From Myxococcales bacterium (GTDB lineage: Bacteria > Myxococcota_A > Polyangia > Polyangiales > DASUME01), in contig JASGJH010000001.1 of assembly GCA_047601445.1 (NCBI GenBank), forward strand, positions 4,544,001 to 4,608,000: DNA of 64,000 nt, given 5' to 3'. Within the stretch, counting starts at the first letter, position 1; every line of letters begins with the position of its first letter. Of this stretch, positions 10,008 to 20,403 are shown in pieces. A program made the translations under genes and the position numbers. The notes below the pieces were generated by a model. It was not told the origin of the DNA. It ran no database searches and worked only from the letters and a program-made list of their open reading frames with translations.

Positions 10008-12053
10008 TGCACGCGCTGCGACGCTCTCCAGGACGGGGAACCTGGCTGCTTGCAGTCGTAGCGTGGTTGGCGCTGCTGGGCGCCTGTCGCCCGGGGGAAT
10101 CACGGCATCATGTTCGGATACGCCTTCCCCCTGGGCCGACCGTCGATCCACTCGCTATCCGGTTCCAACCGATGGGTCACGTGTTTCAGGCGCGGCTTGA
10201 TCGACAGGGAAACCTCGATCTCGAGAGTGATGGACGCCAGCTCGTCGTGCTGATCCCCGAGCACTGCCCGGTCCATGTTCCCAAGCACGAGGACCGGCCT
10301 GCGATCGAAGTCGAGGCGCGCTCCCTGTTGAGCCTCGGCGACGAGCACCGGGCCCAGATCGGATTCGACACGGTGTTCGAGCTGCGCGCCGAGCGCCCGT
10401 GCCGGGAAATGATTTCGTCGACCGTCACGTGGACACAGCTCGAAGGTCCCGCCCTGCTCGACGTCCGGATCTCCGAGGATGGCAGCACCTACCGTGCGCG
10501 TACTCGCCCGTGGTCGGATCTGCTGGGTCCGACCCTGCCGCGCGGAATCGTTCCAACCTCGCCACGAACACAGGGACGTTACGTATTGGAGGCTCGCGCG
10601 AGCACCCCGGACGGTCGCTCGGTTCGACGCAGGATCACGCTGACCTCCATCGCACGTGCCACTGGACTTCCGAGCCTATCCGTGGGCCAGGAGGTGCTGC
10701 TCGGGGGCGCGGGATGGCACTTCGAACATCGCCCCAAGGGGGCTCTCTTGACGTTCGATGCCGAGCGTGGACTGACGACTTTCCGTGCCGACCTACCCGG
10801 GAAATATCAGCTCGCCGACGCTGCCGGCCGAGCGCTCGAGATCCACGCGACAACGTACGAACGCACCCCCTTCGATTGCGCGCGCTCGGAGTGTCACGCA
10901 CGCGAATCAAGCCTTGCTCGTGACACCGCGATGAGCCACGCGTACGAGCTCGCCAAGCACTCGAGGGCCTATCGAGGTGCGGTCTCTGGGTGTGGGCTCG
11001 ACTGTCATGTAGTCGGCGAGGCGGGACTGCGTGACGGCGGCTTTCGCGATGTCGCTCGTGCGCTGAGCTTCCGAGCCCTCGATGGCCCCCCGTTCTCCGA
11101 CTTGCCTCATGCTTTGCAGCGCCTGGGCGGTGTTCGTTGCATGAGTTGTCATGGTCCCGGAGCCGTGCCGCCGCCGTCGGGGCGAGCACGTGTTCTGCGG
11201 ACAGACGTCTGTGCAACATGTCACGACGCCCCACCGGCCTATTCCCACGTGGTGGAATGGCAGAGCTCGGCCATGGCGCGCAGCGACGCGAACGCCGCCA
11301 CGCGCGACGACGCGCGTTGCGCTCGCTGCCACACCACCGGAGGCTTTCTCCACGACATCGGCGTGAGGACGCGGTCGGACCTCTCACGCGACGTCGACGG
11401 CGCCGTGGTTGGGATTAGCTGCGCAGCGTGCCACGCACCTCACGGCTCCCATCTCGACCAGCTCGTAAGGCTCACGGAGCTCCCCCACGCGTTGTCCGGC
11501 ACGAGGCCCGATGTCGCCACGTCCACCAGCTCCATCTGCCTCCCGTGCCACGCACCGTTTGACACCGAGACCCTGCCGTCGGCGTCCCAGGCGGTCTTGG
11601 CACAGGGACGAGTCCGCTTACCTTCGAGCCTGGGCGGCGCAGGAGATCATCGGGAGGGCCCCCCATGCGAGCGGCGGGTGTCTATCCTGCCACGGCAAGT
11701 CGCAGGGCAACGCGCGTGTGGTTCACGACTTCGGGATCGCAACGGACCTGTGTTCGACCTGCCATGAACTCAAGGCGAACCAAGAGACCTCCAGTAGGGA
11801 CGTCCAGCTCCGGAGCAGGCGGATCGTGGAACAGGCGCTCCGACGCTGCGGCGTGCGGCTAGAGGGAGCCGCCGAGCACGTGCTCCACGCTCGGCAACTT
11901 CCGCCGGGTTGCTTCGAGCCAGGGCTCGCGCGCGCTCTCTACCTGGGTCTACTGGTTCACGAAGATGGCGCAGCAAGCAGCCACAATCTGGGCTTCGCGC
12001 TGCAACTCCTCGAGCTGGCCGAGCGCGCCCTGGGCGATCGGCCACGGCGTTGA
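10004..12053 (+). CDS. Multiheme c-type cytochrome lipoprotein; +1 frameshift at ~11640
   Basis: Lipobox LLGAC; CMSCH, CATCH, CARCH, CAACH, CLPCH, then CLSCH, CSTCH in the second frame; also CARSECH and CGLDCH. Confidence 0.8.
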
Positions 12054-12074
12054 GCTACTCCGCGCTCCGACGTC

Positions 12075-12461
12075 CTAGGCGACGACAGCTCTCGATACCC
12101 ACTCCGAAACCCGCTCCACAAAGAGCGCATCATCATCGGTCTTCTCGATACTTCCGTCGGCCCCGGCGTTCTGAACGATGCGCGCGACTTCCTCACGGTC
12201 GTGGGCCGAGTGCAGCACTACGTGGGCGTTGCACGCGGCCCGGTACTGCTGGACGACCTCGGGCAAGCGGGCCTCGGTGAGGCCGGGCATGCGGAGGTCG
12301 AGCAGGATGAGCGCGGGTTGGAAGGTCTTGAGTGCGGTGTCGAGGTCGAAGGGCGTGTGGCTCGCCTCGACTTCGAAGCCGTGGCTGTCGAGGATGAGCG
12401 TGATGAGCTCGCGGGCGATCTCGCTGTCGTCGATCACGAATACGCGATGGGGGCTGGTCAT
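12075..12461 (-). CDS. Single-domain response regulator (CheY-like)
   Basis: VFVIDDS, LILLDLRMP, HSA, IEK; ATGA overlap with cheR stop. Confidence 0.85.
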   Translation of the reverse strand: MTSPHRVFVIDDSEIARELITLILDSHGFEVEASHTPFDLDTALKTFQPALILLDLRMPGLTEARLPEVVQQYRAACNAHVVLHSAHDREEVARIVQNAGADGSIEKTDDDALFVERVSEWVSRAVVA

Positions 12462-13810
12462 AGGATGCCTTTTCTGGTGCTCTTGAGCCGCGACCGACAT
12501 ACGGCCAAGGCCTGCTCACGGTTGTAACAAAGGGGTTCGATCCCGGTGGTGTCGGAGACCAACGCGGGCTCGGGCTCGATGCGGATCAACAGGTTTTCTG
12601 CGCGAGACAAGGACGCGCGTTGCTCGAGCCTGCGTTCCTCGCGCGCGTGAATGCCCGCCATCAGATACTCGGCGGACCACAGCTGAGGCTCGAGGAACAG
12701 AGCGCTGCGCAAGCTGGCCTTGGCTTCGCCGAAGAGGCCTTGCTTGAGCTGGACGATCGCCGTGAGCAGGTAGGGCTCGAACGCGAGGCCATCGAGCCGG
12801 ATGGCGTCCGCGTACTGGTCGAGCGCGGAGAAGAACGAGTGCTCACGCAGCATGCGGTTGCCGGCGTCGAGCAGGGGCTTGATGTTGGTGCGGGTATGCT
12901 CGGGGAAGCCTTCCGGCGGGATGGATGCGGGAGCCGGCGGGACGGTGGACACGCGACGCACGACGGACGCATACGCTGCCGCCAAATCCGCGTTGTTGTC
13001 GCCCGCTGACTTCGGCTTGGCCTCGCGCACGAACACGAAGGCGCCGGCGAGTTGACGGGGCTTGAGCTTGGTCTCCATGAGGCCGCGCAAGGACTCGCCA
13101 GAGGCCAACACGAGCGCCCCCTCGTCCGGGAGCACCGACTCGAAGCGCTCGAGGGTGCGCCCGCGCGCGGCGAGGTCGAAGTAGATGAGCACGTTGCGAC
13201 ACACGATGGCGTCCCACAAGCGATCGGTTTTTTCGGGCACGAGCGGCGAGGCAGTGGCCAGGTTGTGCACGCAGAAGCTCACGGCCTTGCGGATGCGCGG
13301 CGCCACCTCGAAACCATCCTTCACGGCCACGAAACAGCCGGCCCGCTCCTCGGGCGCGACGTGACGCAAGGGCCACTCGCTGTACACGGCGCGCCGTGCG
13401 CGCTCTACGGCCTCCGCGTTGACGTCGCTGGCGAGGATCTGCAGTGGCACCCCGAGGCGCGCACCCAGCATCGCGAGGGTGTACGCTTCCTCGCCGCTCG
13501 AGCAGCCTGCCGACCACACGTGCAGGGTGCGGCGCAGCTCGCGGAAGCGCCGGAGCAACCACTCTTCGACCGCCTGCAGCTGAGGGCGATCCCGCATGAA
13601 GTAGGTCTGGCCGTTGGTGACGACCGAGATGGCAGCTCGCACCGGCACCGCGCTCGGTTCGGCTTCGCGCAAGGCTGCGAGCCACGGGTCGAGCCGCTCC
13701 GCCTCCGCCTGTCGCTGTGCCAACGCCTCGATGCGTCCCAGGGCCGGCTCGTCGAGCTGCAGCCCGAAGCGGTCGCGGAAGAGCGCGTGCAGCCGGTCTC
13801 GCAGCATCAC
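12458..13810 (-). CDS. cheR: CheR methyltransferase with C-terminal TPR (FrzF-like)
   Basis: TNGQTYFMRD, WSAGCSSGEEAYT, CRNVLIYF, followed by a TPR-like helical tail. Confidence 0.92.
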   Translation of the reverse strand: MMLRDRLHALFRDRFGLQLDEPALGRIEALAQRQAEAERLDPWLAALREAEPSAVPVRAAISVVTNGQTYFMRDRPQLQAVEEWLLRRFRELRRTLHVWSAGCSSGEEAYTLAMLGARLGVPLQILASDVNAEAVERARRAVYSEWPLRHVAPEERAGCFVAVKDGFEVAPRIRKAVSFCVHNLATASPLVPEKTDRLWDAIVCRNVLIYFDLAARGRTLERFESVLPDEGALVLASGESLRGLMETKLKPRQLAGAFVFVREAKPKSAGDNNADLAAAYASVVRRVSTVPPAPASIPPEGFPEHTRTNIKPLLDAGNRMLREHSFFSALDQYADAIRLDGLAFEPYLLTAIVQLKQGLFGEAKASLRSALFLEPQLWSAEYLMAGIHAREERRLEQRASLSRAENLLIRIEPEPALVSDTTGIEPLCYNREQALAVCRSRLKSTRKGIL

Positions 13811-14895
13811 AGCGCGACCCCGGTAGAGCCCGTTTGGGCCAGCTTCAGTAGCTCGTGCACGATGCCTTGAGGAGACAACACTCGCTTGGTCGCACCGAGC
13901 GCGAGGGCGGCGTTGGGCATGCCCGCCACCGTGGAAGAAGCTTCGTCCTGCACGAAGGTGAAACCTTGCATGCGGTGGATCTCGAGCAATCCCTGCGCGC
14001 CGTCTTCACCCATGCCGGTAAGGACACCACCTATCGCCTGTCGTCCGAATGCGCGCGCCATCGACTGCAGCATCATGGTTCCCGAAGGTCGATGCCCGTG
14101 CAACGGGGGACTCGCCTCGAGCCTCAGGGTGAGCCGGCCTTCGAAGAGCACGTGGGCACGGTCGGGCGCGATGACCACGAGGCCCGGTCGGAGCAGCATG
14201 CGGTCGCGGGCCACCTCGACAGTGAGCGCCGTATTTTGTCCGAGCCAGCTTGCAAAACGGCCACAGAAGCCGTCGGACAGGTGCTGCACGATCACGATGG
14301 CAAACGGGAATTCGGCCGGTAGCCCGCGCAGAATCTTGGCCAACACGGGCGGCCCACCCGTGGACGACACGAGCCCCAACGCGCGCAAGTTGGACGGGCC
14401 CACCGGCTGCGGCGGCGCGGGCAGCGGCTTCTTGGCGTCTTGCTTGAGACGCGTGGGCACGAGCTCGGTGGTGGCGTCGGCGCGGCGTCGCACCACGGGG
14501 ATGCGAGAAAGCGCGTGCAAGCGCTGCCGCAAGTCTTCTTGCTCCGCGGGCGTGCCCGCCCATGACGTGGGCTTGGGCACCAGATCGAGCGCGCCCCGTC
14601 GCAAGGCCTCGAAGCTGAGCTCGCCGGTCTTGCCCGCTGGATCGGCCGTCATCACCAGGATCGGCGTGGGGCGTCGCGACATGATCGCCTCGATGGCCTG
14701 CAAGCCATCCATGGCGGGCATGCGCACATCGAGCAAGATCACGTCGGGCCGCGCGGTCTCGGCCATGCGCACGGCCTCGCGTCCATCGCGCGCCACGCCA
14801 CACACCTCGAACGAACGATCGCTCTCCAGGATCTCCACGATGGTCTCGGCAAAGAGCTCCGAGTCCTCGGCCACCAATACGCGCACCGGCTTCAC
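13807..14895 (-). CDS. cheB: CheB methylesterase with receiver domain (FrzG-like)
   Basis: REC domain, then SSTGGP, IVQH, HRPS, LTGMGEDGA, QDEASS. Confidence 0.95.
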   Translation of the reverse strand: MKPVRVLVAEDSELFAETIVEILESDRSFEVCGVARDGREAVRMAETARPDVILLDVRMPAMDGLQAIEAIMSRRPTPILVMTADPAGKTGELSFEALRRGALDLVPKPTSWAGTPAEQEDLRQRLHALSRIPVVRRRADATTELVPTRLKQDAKKPLPAPPQPVGPSNLRALGLVSSTGGPPVLAKILRGLPAEFPFAIVIVQHLSDGFCGRFASWLGQNTALTVEVARDRMLLRPGLVVIAPDRAHVLFEGRLTLRLEASPPLHGHRPSGTMMLQSMARAFGRQAIGGVLTGMGEDGAQGLLEIHRMQGFTFVQDEASSTVAGMPNAALALGATKRVLSPQGIVHELLKLAQTGSTGVAL

Positions 14896-17222
14896 GACTG
14901 CACCTCGGCCTTGAGGAAGCGCCGTACCGTGCTGATCAGCTCGTCTTCGTCGAAGTTACCCTTCACCAGGTAGGCGCTCGCACCGAGCTCGGCACCCTTG
15001 CGCTTGTCGGTCTCGGAGCCGCGCGTCGTGAACATGATGACCGGCAAGTCCGCAAACTCCTTGGTGCGACGGATCTCGCCCAGCAGACCGAAGCCGTCGA
15101 GCAAGGGCATCTCGAGGTCGGACAACACGACGGATGGCCGCACCGCGCGCAGGCGCTCGAGGGCCTCGCGACCATTCACAGCCTCCACCACGTCGAGTCC
15201 CTCGTTGCGCAGAATCGACGCGATCAACTCGCGGGTGACCTCGGAATCGTCGACCACCAACACCGAATCACGGAAGCGATGGGCACGCGAACCGTCTGGG
15301 TTCACGGCGGCCGCCGTGTGATTTTGCTCGAGCAAGTCCACCAGGCGATCGACGCTCAAGAGCAGCACCGCGCTGCCGGCCTCGGTGATGGCGACGCCTT
15401 CCAGCAGCGAATGTTCCGCGATGAAGAGCCCGGCAGGACGCTGCAACACGTGCTTCTGCCCCAGCACGACGTCCACCAAGAACGCCGCCACGCGTCCCGA
15501 CGACGAGACCACGATGGCGCTGCGCTCGCCGCTGACCTCGGACGCCACGCCGAGCGCTGTCGCGAGGTCGGCCAGCGGAATGCGTTGTCCCTCTACCTTC
15601 ACCACGTGGCGCTGGCCGACGCTCTCGATCTGGCTCGGCGAGATGCGCAACACCCGGTCCACGCGCTGGGCGCCGATGGCGAACTCCTGCTCGCCCACGC
15701 GGGCCACCAACACGGGCTTCAACAGCAGCGAACCGGGAACCACGAGAACGAAGCGCGTGCCCTTGCCCGGCTCGCTCTCCACGCGCACGCTGCCGCCGAG
15801 ATCGCTCAGCGTACGCGCCACCGCGTCGAGCCCCACGCCGCGCCCCGAGATGTCGGTGGCCGCGTCGCGGGTGGAGAAACCAGGGCGGAAGATCAGCCGG
15901 ATCAAGGCCTCCTCGGGCAAGGTCTCCGCCTGCTCGGGCGACACGATGCCGTTACGCAGCGCGCGCTCGCGCACCGCCTTCAGATCCACACCGCCGCCAT
16001 CGTCCTCGACGGTGACCTGAATCGTGTTGGCGACCTGCTCGGCGCTCAGGCGCAGGGTTGCCGTGGCGGGCTTTCCGAGCGCCTCACGCGCGGCGGGTGT
16101 CTCCATGCCGTGGTCGATGGCGTTGCGTACCAGGTGCAGCAAGGGCTCGCCGAGCCGCTCGAGCACGCGACCATCCACGTAGACCTCGGCATCGCGCACC
16201 TCGACACGCACGCGCTTGCCCTGGGCCACCGCCAGGTCGCGCGCTGCGCGCGGAAAGCGTTCGAACAGCACGGCGATGGGCTGGAGGCGCAAGTTGCGCA
16301 GTCGCGCCTGCAGCTCGTCCTGGGCGATGCCCGACTGAAACAGTCTGTCGCGGGCCTGGGCGATTTCCTTGCGCGCCTCGCGCCGGTTTCCGATCCACTC
16401 GCGGGCTTGCTGTCCCAGCTGCGTCAACACTTGCTCGAGCGAATCGCGCGCGATGCGGCTCGGGTCTCCCACGCGGCCGAGCAGCGCTTCGACGCCTTCC
16501 AGCTCACGGTGCAAGGCATCGATTCGCCGCTGCAGCGCAGCGACCGAGCGCTCGAGGGTCTGATGGTTCAGGAGTAACTGGGCGCTTACCTTGCCGAGCT
16601 CGTCGAGCTTGACCGGGTCGATGCGCATGTGGGCTGCCGAGCGGAACAGCCACTCGGTCTCGGCATTGGCGGCTGGTCGCGACTCTTCGCCGGCGGGCGC
16701 CGCCACTTGAACCTGGATCTGCGCGTGAACGGGAGCCGTAGCTGGCGTTTGGGCAGGTTCTAGCCGCGCGGGCTGAGCCGCGGGCGGACGCAGCGAAGCA
16801 CGGTCCCCCGTCTCCCCACGCTGGAGCCGCGTCACCACGTTCGAGAGCTTCTGCTTCAGCTCTTCCACATCCGGACGCGAGGCCGCCGCACCCTGCTCGA
16901 TCTCCACCAAGTGCCGCATGGCGTCGAAGCCCTTGAGGATGTACTCGATGGACCACAGCGACTGCCCGAAGCCCGCCGCATGGGCCGCCAGGATGACCTC
17001 TTCGGTCTCGTGGGCCACTGCGTTGATCTCGGCGAGCTGCATGAGCTTGGCTTCGCCCTTGAGCGTGTGGATCTCGCGCATCAACTCGTCCGCGAGCCCA
17101 TTGTCCGTGGGCCGGCTCTCGAGCGCCAAGAGGACATTGCCGAGCGCCCCGAGGCGCTCCGAAGCCCGCACCAAGAAACGCGCGCGCATCTGGGCGCGTG
17201 CCTGACTCACACGATCACTCAA
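14892..17222 (-). CDS. cheA: Hybrid CheA histidine kinase with C-terminal receiver (FrzE-like)
   Basis: Hpt HTLKGEA, HLVRNAIDHG, DDGGG, GFST..SGRGVGLD, CheW domain, REC; TTG start overlapping upstream stop inferred. Confidence 0.93.
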   Translation of the reverse strand: MSDRVSQARAQMRARFLVRASERLGALGNVLLALESRPTDNGLADELMREIHTLKGEAKLMQLAEINAVAHETEEVILAAHAAGFGQSLWSIEYILKGFDAMRHLVEIEQGAAASRPDVEELKQKLSNVVTRLQRGETGDRASLRPPAAQPARLEPAQTPATAPVHAQIQVQVAAPAGEESRPAANAETEWLFRSAAHMRIDPVKLDELGKVSAQLLLNHQTLERSVAALQRRIDALHRELEGVEALLGRVGDPSRIARDSLEQVLTQLGQQAREWIGNRREARKEIAQARDRLFQSGIAQDELQARLRNLRLQPIAVLFERFPRAARDLAVAQGKRVRVEVRDAEVYVDGRVLERLGEPLLHLVRNAIDHGMETPAAREALGKPATATLRLSAEQVANTIQVTVEDDGGGVDLKAVRERALRNGIVSPEQAETLPEEALIRLIFRPGFSTRDAATDISGRGVGLDAVARTLSDLGGSVRVESEPGKGTRFVLVVPGSLLLKPVLVARVGEQEFAIGAQRVDRVLRISPSQIESVGQRHVVKVEGQRIPLADLATALGVASEVSGERSAIVVSSSGRVAAFLVDVVLGQKHVLQRPAGLFIAEHSLLEGVAITEAGSAVLLLSVDRLVDLLEQNHTAAAVNPDGSRAHRFRDSVLVVDDSEVTRELIASILRNEGLDVVEAVNGREALERLRAVRPSVVLSDLEMPLLDGFGLLGEIRRTKEFADLPVIMFTTRGSETDKRKGAELGASAYLVKGNFDEDELISTVRRFLKAEVQS

Positions 17223-17674
17223 GGTACTGCTCCGACGGAAGAAAGACCGGGCGCGTCGAGCAACGCGTCCAGGTTCAGTACGAACACGTAGCCTCGCGGC
17301 CACGCCATGTAACCGCGCAGACACGCGGAGCGCTCGAGCCCCGCGAGGAAGCTGGGCAGCGGCGCGAGCCTGCCCTGGAACTCACGCACCAGCACCTCGG
17401 CGCCAACCAGCACCGTGTGTGCGTTGCCCAGGTGCCTGAGCACGAGGCCGCGCCTGCGCTCGCCCCGGATCCAGTTGAGGCCGTAGCGTGCGGCCAGATC
17501 GACGGCGCGCTCGGGTTCCTGCCCGGCGGTGAAGTCGAAGATGGACTCCACGCTGGCCGAATCGAAGGCCAAGACGACGCTGCCGAGTGGACAGCACGCG
17601 AGAACGCGGGTCGTGCGCTCGGACGCGTGCCCCTTCGAAGAAGTGGCCCCCGGCTTCTTGAAAAGCTCCTTCAC
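17219..17674 (-). CDS. Degenerate CheW-like protein (FrzB-like)
   Basis: LAFDSASVESI..AVDLA..LAPLPSFL..VFVLNLDALL; first gene of the che operon. Confidence 0.55.
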   Translation of the reverse strand: MKELFKKPGATSSKGHASERTTRVLACCPLGSVVLAFDSASVESIFDFTAGQEPERAVDLAARYGLNWIRGERRRGLVLRHLGNAHTVLVGAEVLVREFQGRLAPLPSFLAGLERSACLRGYMAWPRGYVFVLNLDALLDAPGLSSVGAVP

Positions 17675-17783
17675 CTCACCCTCGAGAGTATCACGCCGAG
17701 CCTCGATTTCGCCCCGAAACTGCCCACAAAAGTACGTGAATTCATGTGGGCATTGCGCATAGGATTAGGGGCTCGAGGGCAGC

Positions 17784-18170
17784 ATGGACCGGCAACGAAA
17801 ACTCCTCCTGGTCGACGACTCGCCTGTGGCGTTGCTGATGGTCCAGACCCTTCTGCGTGGCAGCGGATATGTGCTGAGCGAGGCGCATGATGGAGTACAG
17901 GCGCTCGAGCGTGTCCACACCGACCCGCCGGACCTCATCGTGATGGACATGGCCATGCCCAAGCTCGACGGCGTGGGCGCCCTGAAGGCGCTCAAGTCCA
18001 GCGACAGCACACGCAGCATCCCGGTGATCATGCTCACCGCCGAGGGAAACTCCGAGGAAATCGAGCGCTGCTTCGAGGCCGGCTGCGACGCCTACGTCAC
18101 CAAGCCCATCAACGTGACCACGCTCAAGGCGCAGATCGAGGCCTTGTTCGACAGGAACGTGGCCCCGTGA
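17784..18170 (+). CDS. Single-domain response regulator
   Basis: LLVDDS, LIVMDMAMP, IMLT, YVTKP. Confidence 0.9.
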   Translation: MDRQRKLLLVDDSPVALLMVQTLLRGSGYVLSEAHDGVQALERVHTDPPDLIVMDMAMPKLDGVGALKALKSSDSTRSIPVIMLTAEGNSEEIERCFEAGCDAYVTKPINVTTLKAQIEALFDRNVAP

Positions 18171-18535
18171 AGCGCGATTTTCAAAAGCTATTTCTGGACA
18201 CCGACGGGCCGGTGGCCGCCCAAATCCTGGAGATCCTCGAGAGTCTCAGCACGGACTCGCCGAGCGAGGAGAGCGAGCGCGCGGGCTTTCTGTGCCACCG
18301 CCTGCGCGGCGACGCGCGCACGGTGGGCTTCGCTTTGATCGGCGAGCTGGCCGGCGTGATCGAGGACGAACTCACGCGAAATCGCCGCCAAAACACCCTG
18401 GCCGACGAACGCCTGGTCCAACTGCGCTTCTTGGCCAACGAGATCAGCCGGCGCATCTCCGGGGGCCGCGCTGCCTGCCAGGAGCCGCTGTCACACGAGC
18501 TCCAGGCCATGTTGCAGCGTTACGGCCAAGACTGA
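18167..18535 (+). CDS. Stand-alone Hpt domain protein
   Basis: LCHRLRGDARTVGF H-box; GTGA overlap with the upstream RR. Confidence 0.7.
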   Translation: MKRDFQKLFLDTDGPVAAQILEILESLSTDSPSEESERAGFLCHRLRGDARTVGFALIGELAGVIEDELTRNRRQNTLADERLVQLRFLANEISRRISGGRAACQEPLSHELQAMLQRYGQD

Positions 18536-18600
18536 CGCGCCGGAGCTGACTGCACGAGCCGCTGGACAGCTGGGGCTTCGGCCGAAGCTGACTGCGCGAA

Positions 18601-19962
18601 CTACTTGGCGGTCTGTTCGTCGAAGCGGAAGCGCTCAATCACCGAGAGCAGCCGCTCGCTCTGGGCGGCGAGGTCCTTGGACCCCGAATGCACCTGACGC
18701 GAGCTGATGGCGGACTGCTGTCCGACCTGGCTGATGTCGTTCATCGCCGCGGACACCTGCTCGGTGCCGGCCTGATACTGCTGCATCACCATGCGGATTT
18801 CGCGGGCCGAGCGCGTGGTCTCCTGGGCCAGCTTGGTGCCCTCCTCGGTGGCGAGCACCGAGGCGCCGCTGGCGCGCCGGATGTCGGCCGTGAGTCCCTT
18901 CACGTTGACCACGGACTCCATCACGTTCTCGGCCAAGCGCTGCATCTGCGTGGCCACCAGCGAGAAGCCGCGACCGGCCTCGCCCGCCTTGGTGCCCTCC
19001 AGGGCCGCGTTCAACGCCAGGAGGTCGCTCTTGTGGGCGATGTCCCGGATGCTCTCCAGGATCTCACCGATACGCTCGGTGGTACCCGACAGGCGCGCGA
19101 TGGACTCGCCGATGACCTGGTTCTTGGCCTGGGTCTGCTCGGCGTTGCGCAGCACCACGTCGATGGCGGCGTTGACCTGATCGCCCGTGGACACCAGGGC
19201 GCCCATGGTACGTCGGGTCTCCTCCACCGCGCTGACCTGCTCGGAGGCGCCCTGCTCGTGCTGGTTGGCGGCAGCCGACATTTGGGCCGCCGCGCTGTTG
19301 ATCTGGGCGGATACCGCCACGATGTCCTGCACCAACGAGCGCATGCCGCCGCTCACGATGATGGACAGGAAGGCCAGCGTGATGAGGCAGAACAAGGCCA
19401 CGCCCATGGTGATGTTCCTGGACGAACGGTTGGCCTCGGCCGCCTGCTCGAAGGCCTCGGCGAGCGCGCGTTGATCGCTCTCGGCTCCCTTCTGCATCTG
19501 CCGCTGGATCTGCTCGAAGGTGGTGTTCGCCTGCTGCAGATTCGAGAGTACGTCCTCGGACACCGAGCCCGCGATCATGGCGGCGGTGCCCTCGAGCGAG
19601 AGCTTGTAGTAGCGGTCCACGGCCTGGGAAAGCTGCTCCAGCTCGGCCTTGTCGCGCAGCCCCGCACTCCGAATGGCCTGCAATTGGTCCTTGAGTTCGG
19701 CGTGCAGGCGCTTGGTCTCCTCGAGCCCGCCGGCGTCGGAGGCCGCGGTGGCGTCTTGGAAGGCCTTCTGCAGGCGGGAAACGAGCAGATCCGCCCGTTG
19801 CGCCGCCTGCATCGCAGCAATGTGGGTGTTCCGGATGACCTCGAGGTGCTCCATGCTCTTGGCGCCTAGCCACGGGATCACCACCAACAGGCAGATGAAC
19901 GACGCGCCGGCCACCAAGGGCGAGAGCCGATTGAGATGCCGGAACTTCAGCTTCTGGAGCAT
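18601..19962 (-). CDS. Transmembrane methyl-accepting chemotaxis protein
   Basis: Two TMs flanking a helical periplasmic domain; SDLLALNAALEGTKAGEAGRGFSLVA hairpin. Confidence 0.93.
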   Translation of the reverse strand: MLQKLKFRHLNRLSPLVAGASFICLLVVIPWLGAKSMEHLEVIRNTHIAAMQAAQRADLLVSRLQKAFQDATAASDAGGLEETKRLHAELKDQLQAIRSAGLRDKAELEQLSQAVDRYYKLSLEGTAAMIAGSVSEDVLSNLQQANTTFEQIQRQMQKGAESDQRALAEAFEQAAEANRSSRNITMGVALFCLITLAFLSIIVSGGMRSLVQDIVAVSAQINSAAAQMSAAANQHEQGASEQVSAVEETRRTMGALVSTGDQVNAAIDVVLRNAEQTQAKNQVIGESIARLSGTTERIGEILESIRDIAHKSDLLALNAALEGTKAGEAGRGFSLVATQMQRLAENVMESVVNVKGLTADIRRASGASVLATEEGTKLAQETTRSAREIRMVMQQYQAGTEQVSAAMNDISQVGQQSAISSRQVHSGSKDLAAQSERLLSVIERFRFDEQTAK

Positions 19963-19980
19963 GACGAGATCACTTGAGCC

Positions 19981-20400
19981 TTACGAGGGCTTGCGGCACA
20001 TGGTCGAGAGCGACGGGTCGAATACCGACAGGTCGAAGCAGGTCCACCCGGTGGGGCAAACTGCGCCCGGATTATCCACCGTGCACCCCTGCTTGGTACA
20101 ATAACCGTTGGGCGCGCCCGGCATGATCGCGCAATAGGGCGCGTTGGGCATGCACTCGGCGTCCTTGGTGCACACGGTGCCGAAGCCCGTGGCATCCACG
20201 CCGCCCTGGGTGCCCGAGTCGGAACCCGCATCGGCCTGCGTGTCGTCGCCGTCGCCATCACCGTCGCCAGTATCGGGCACGCAGACCTTGTTCTCGAACT
20301 TTTCGTTGGAACTGCAGGAGTCCTCAGGGTCCTCCAGACAGCCTCCAAGCAGCGCGCCCATACACAGAACCAGTGAACCCAACTTCCCCCAACGACTCAT
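19981..20400 (-). CDS. Small Cys-rich lipoprotein with GD linker
   Basis: Lipobox LGGC, GDGDGDGD, Cys-rich C-terminal domain. Confidence 0.75.
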   Translation of the reverse strand: MSRWGKLGSLVLCMGALLGGCLEDPEDSCSSNEKFENKVCVPDTGDGDGDGDDTQADAGSDSGTQGGVDATGFGTVCTKDAECMPNAPYCAIMPGAPNGYCTKQGCTVDNPGAVCPTGWTCFDLSVFDPSLSTMCRKPS

Positions 20401-20403
20401 CGA

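Noticed and set aside
18544..18600. AGCTGACTGC(A/G)CGA direct repeat pair
   Set aside because: Only two short copies between convergent genes; no function supportable.
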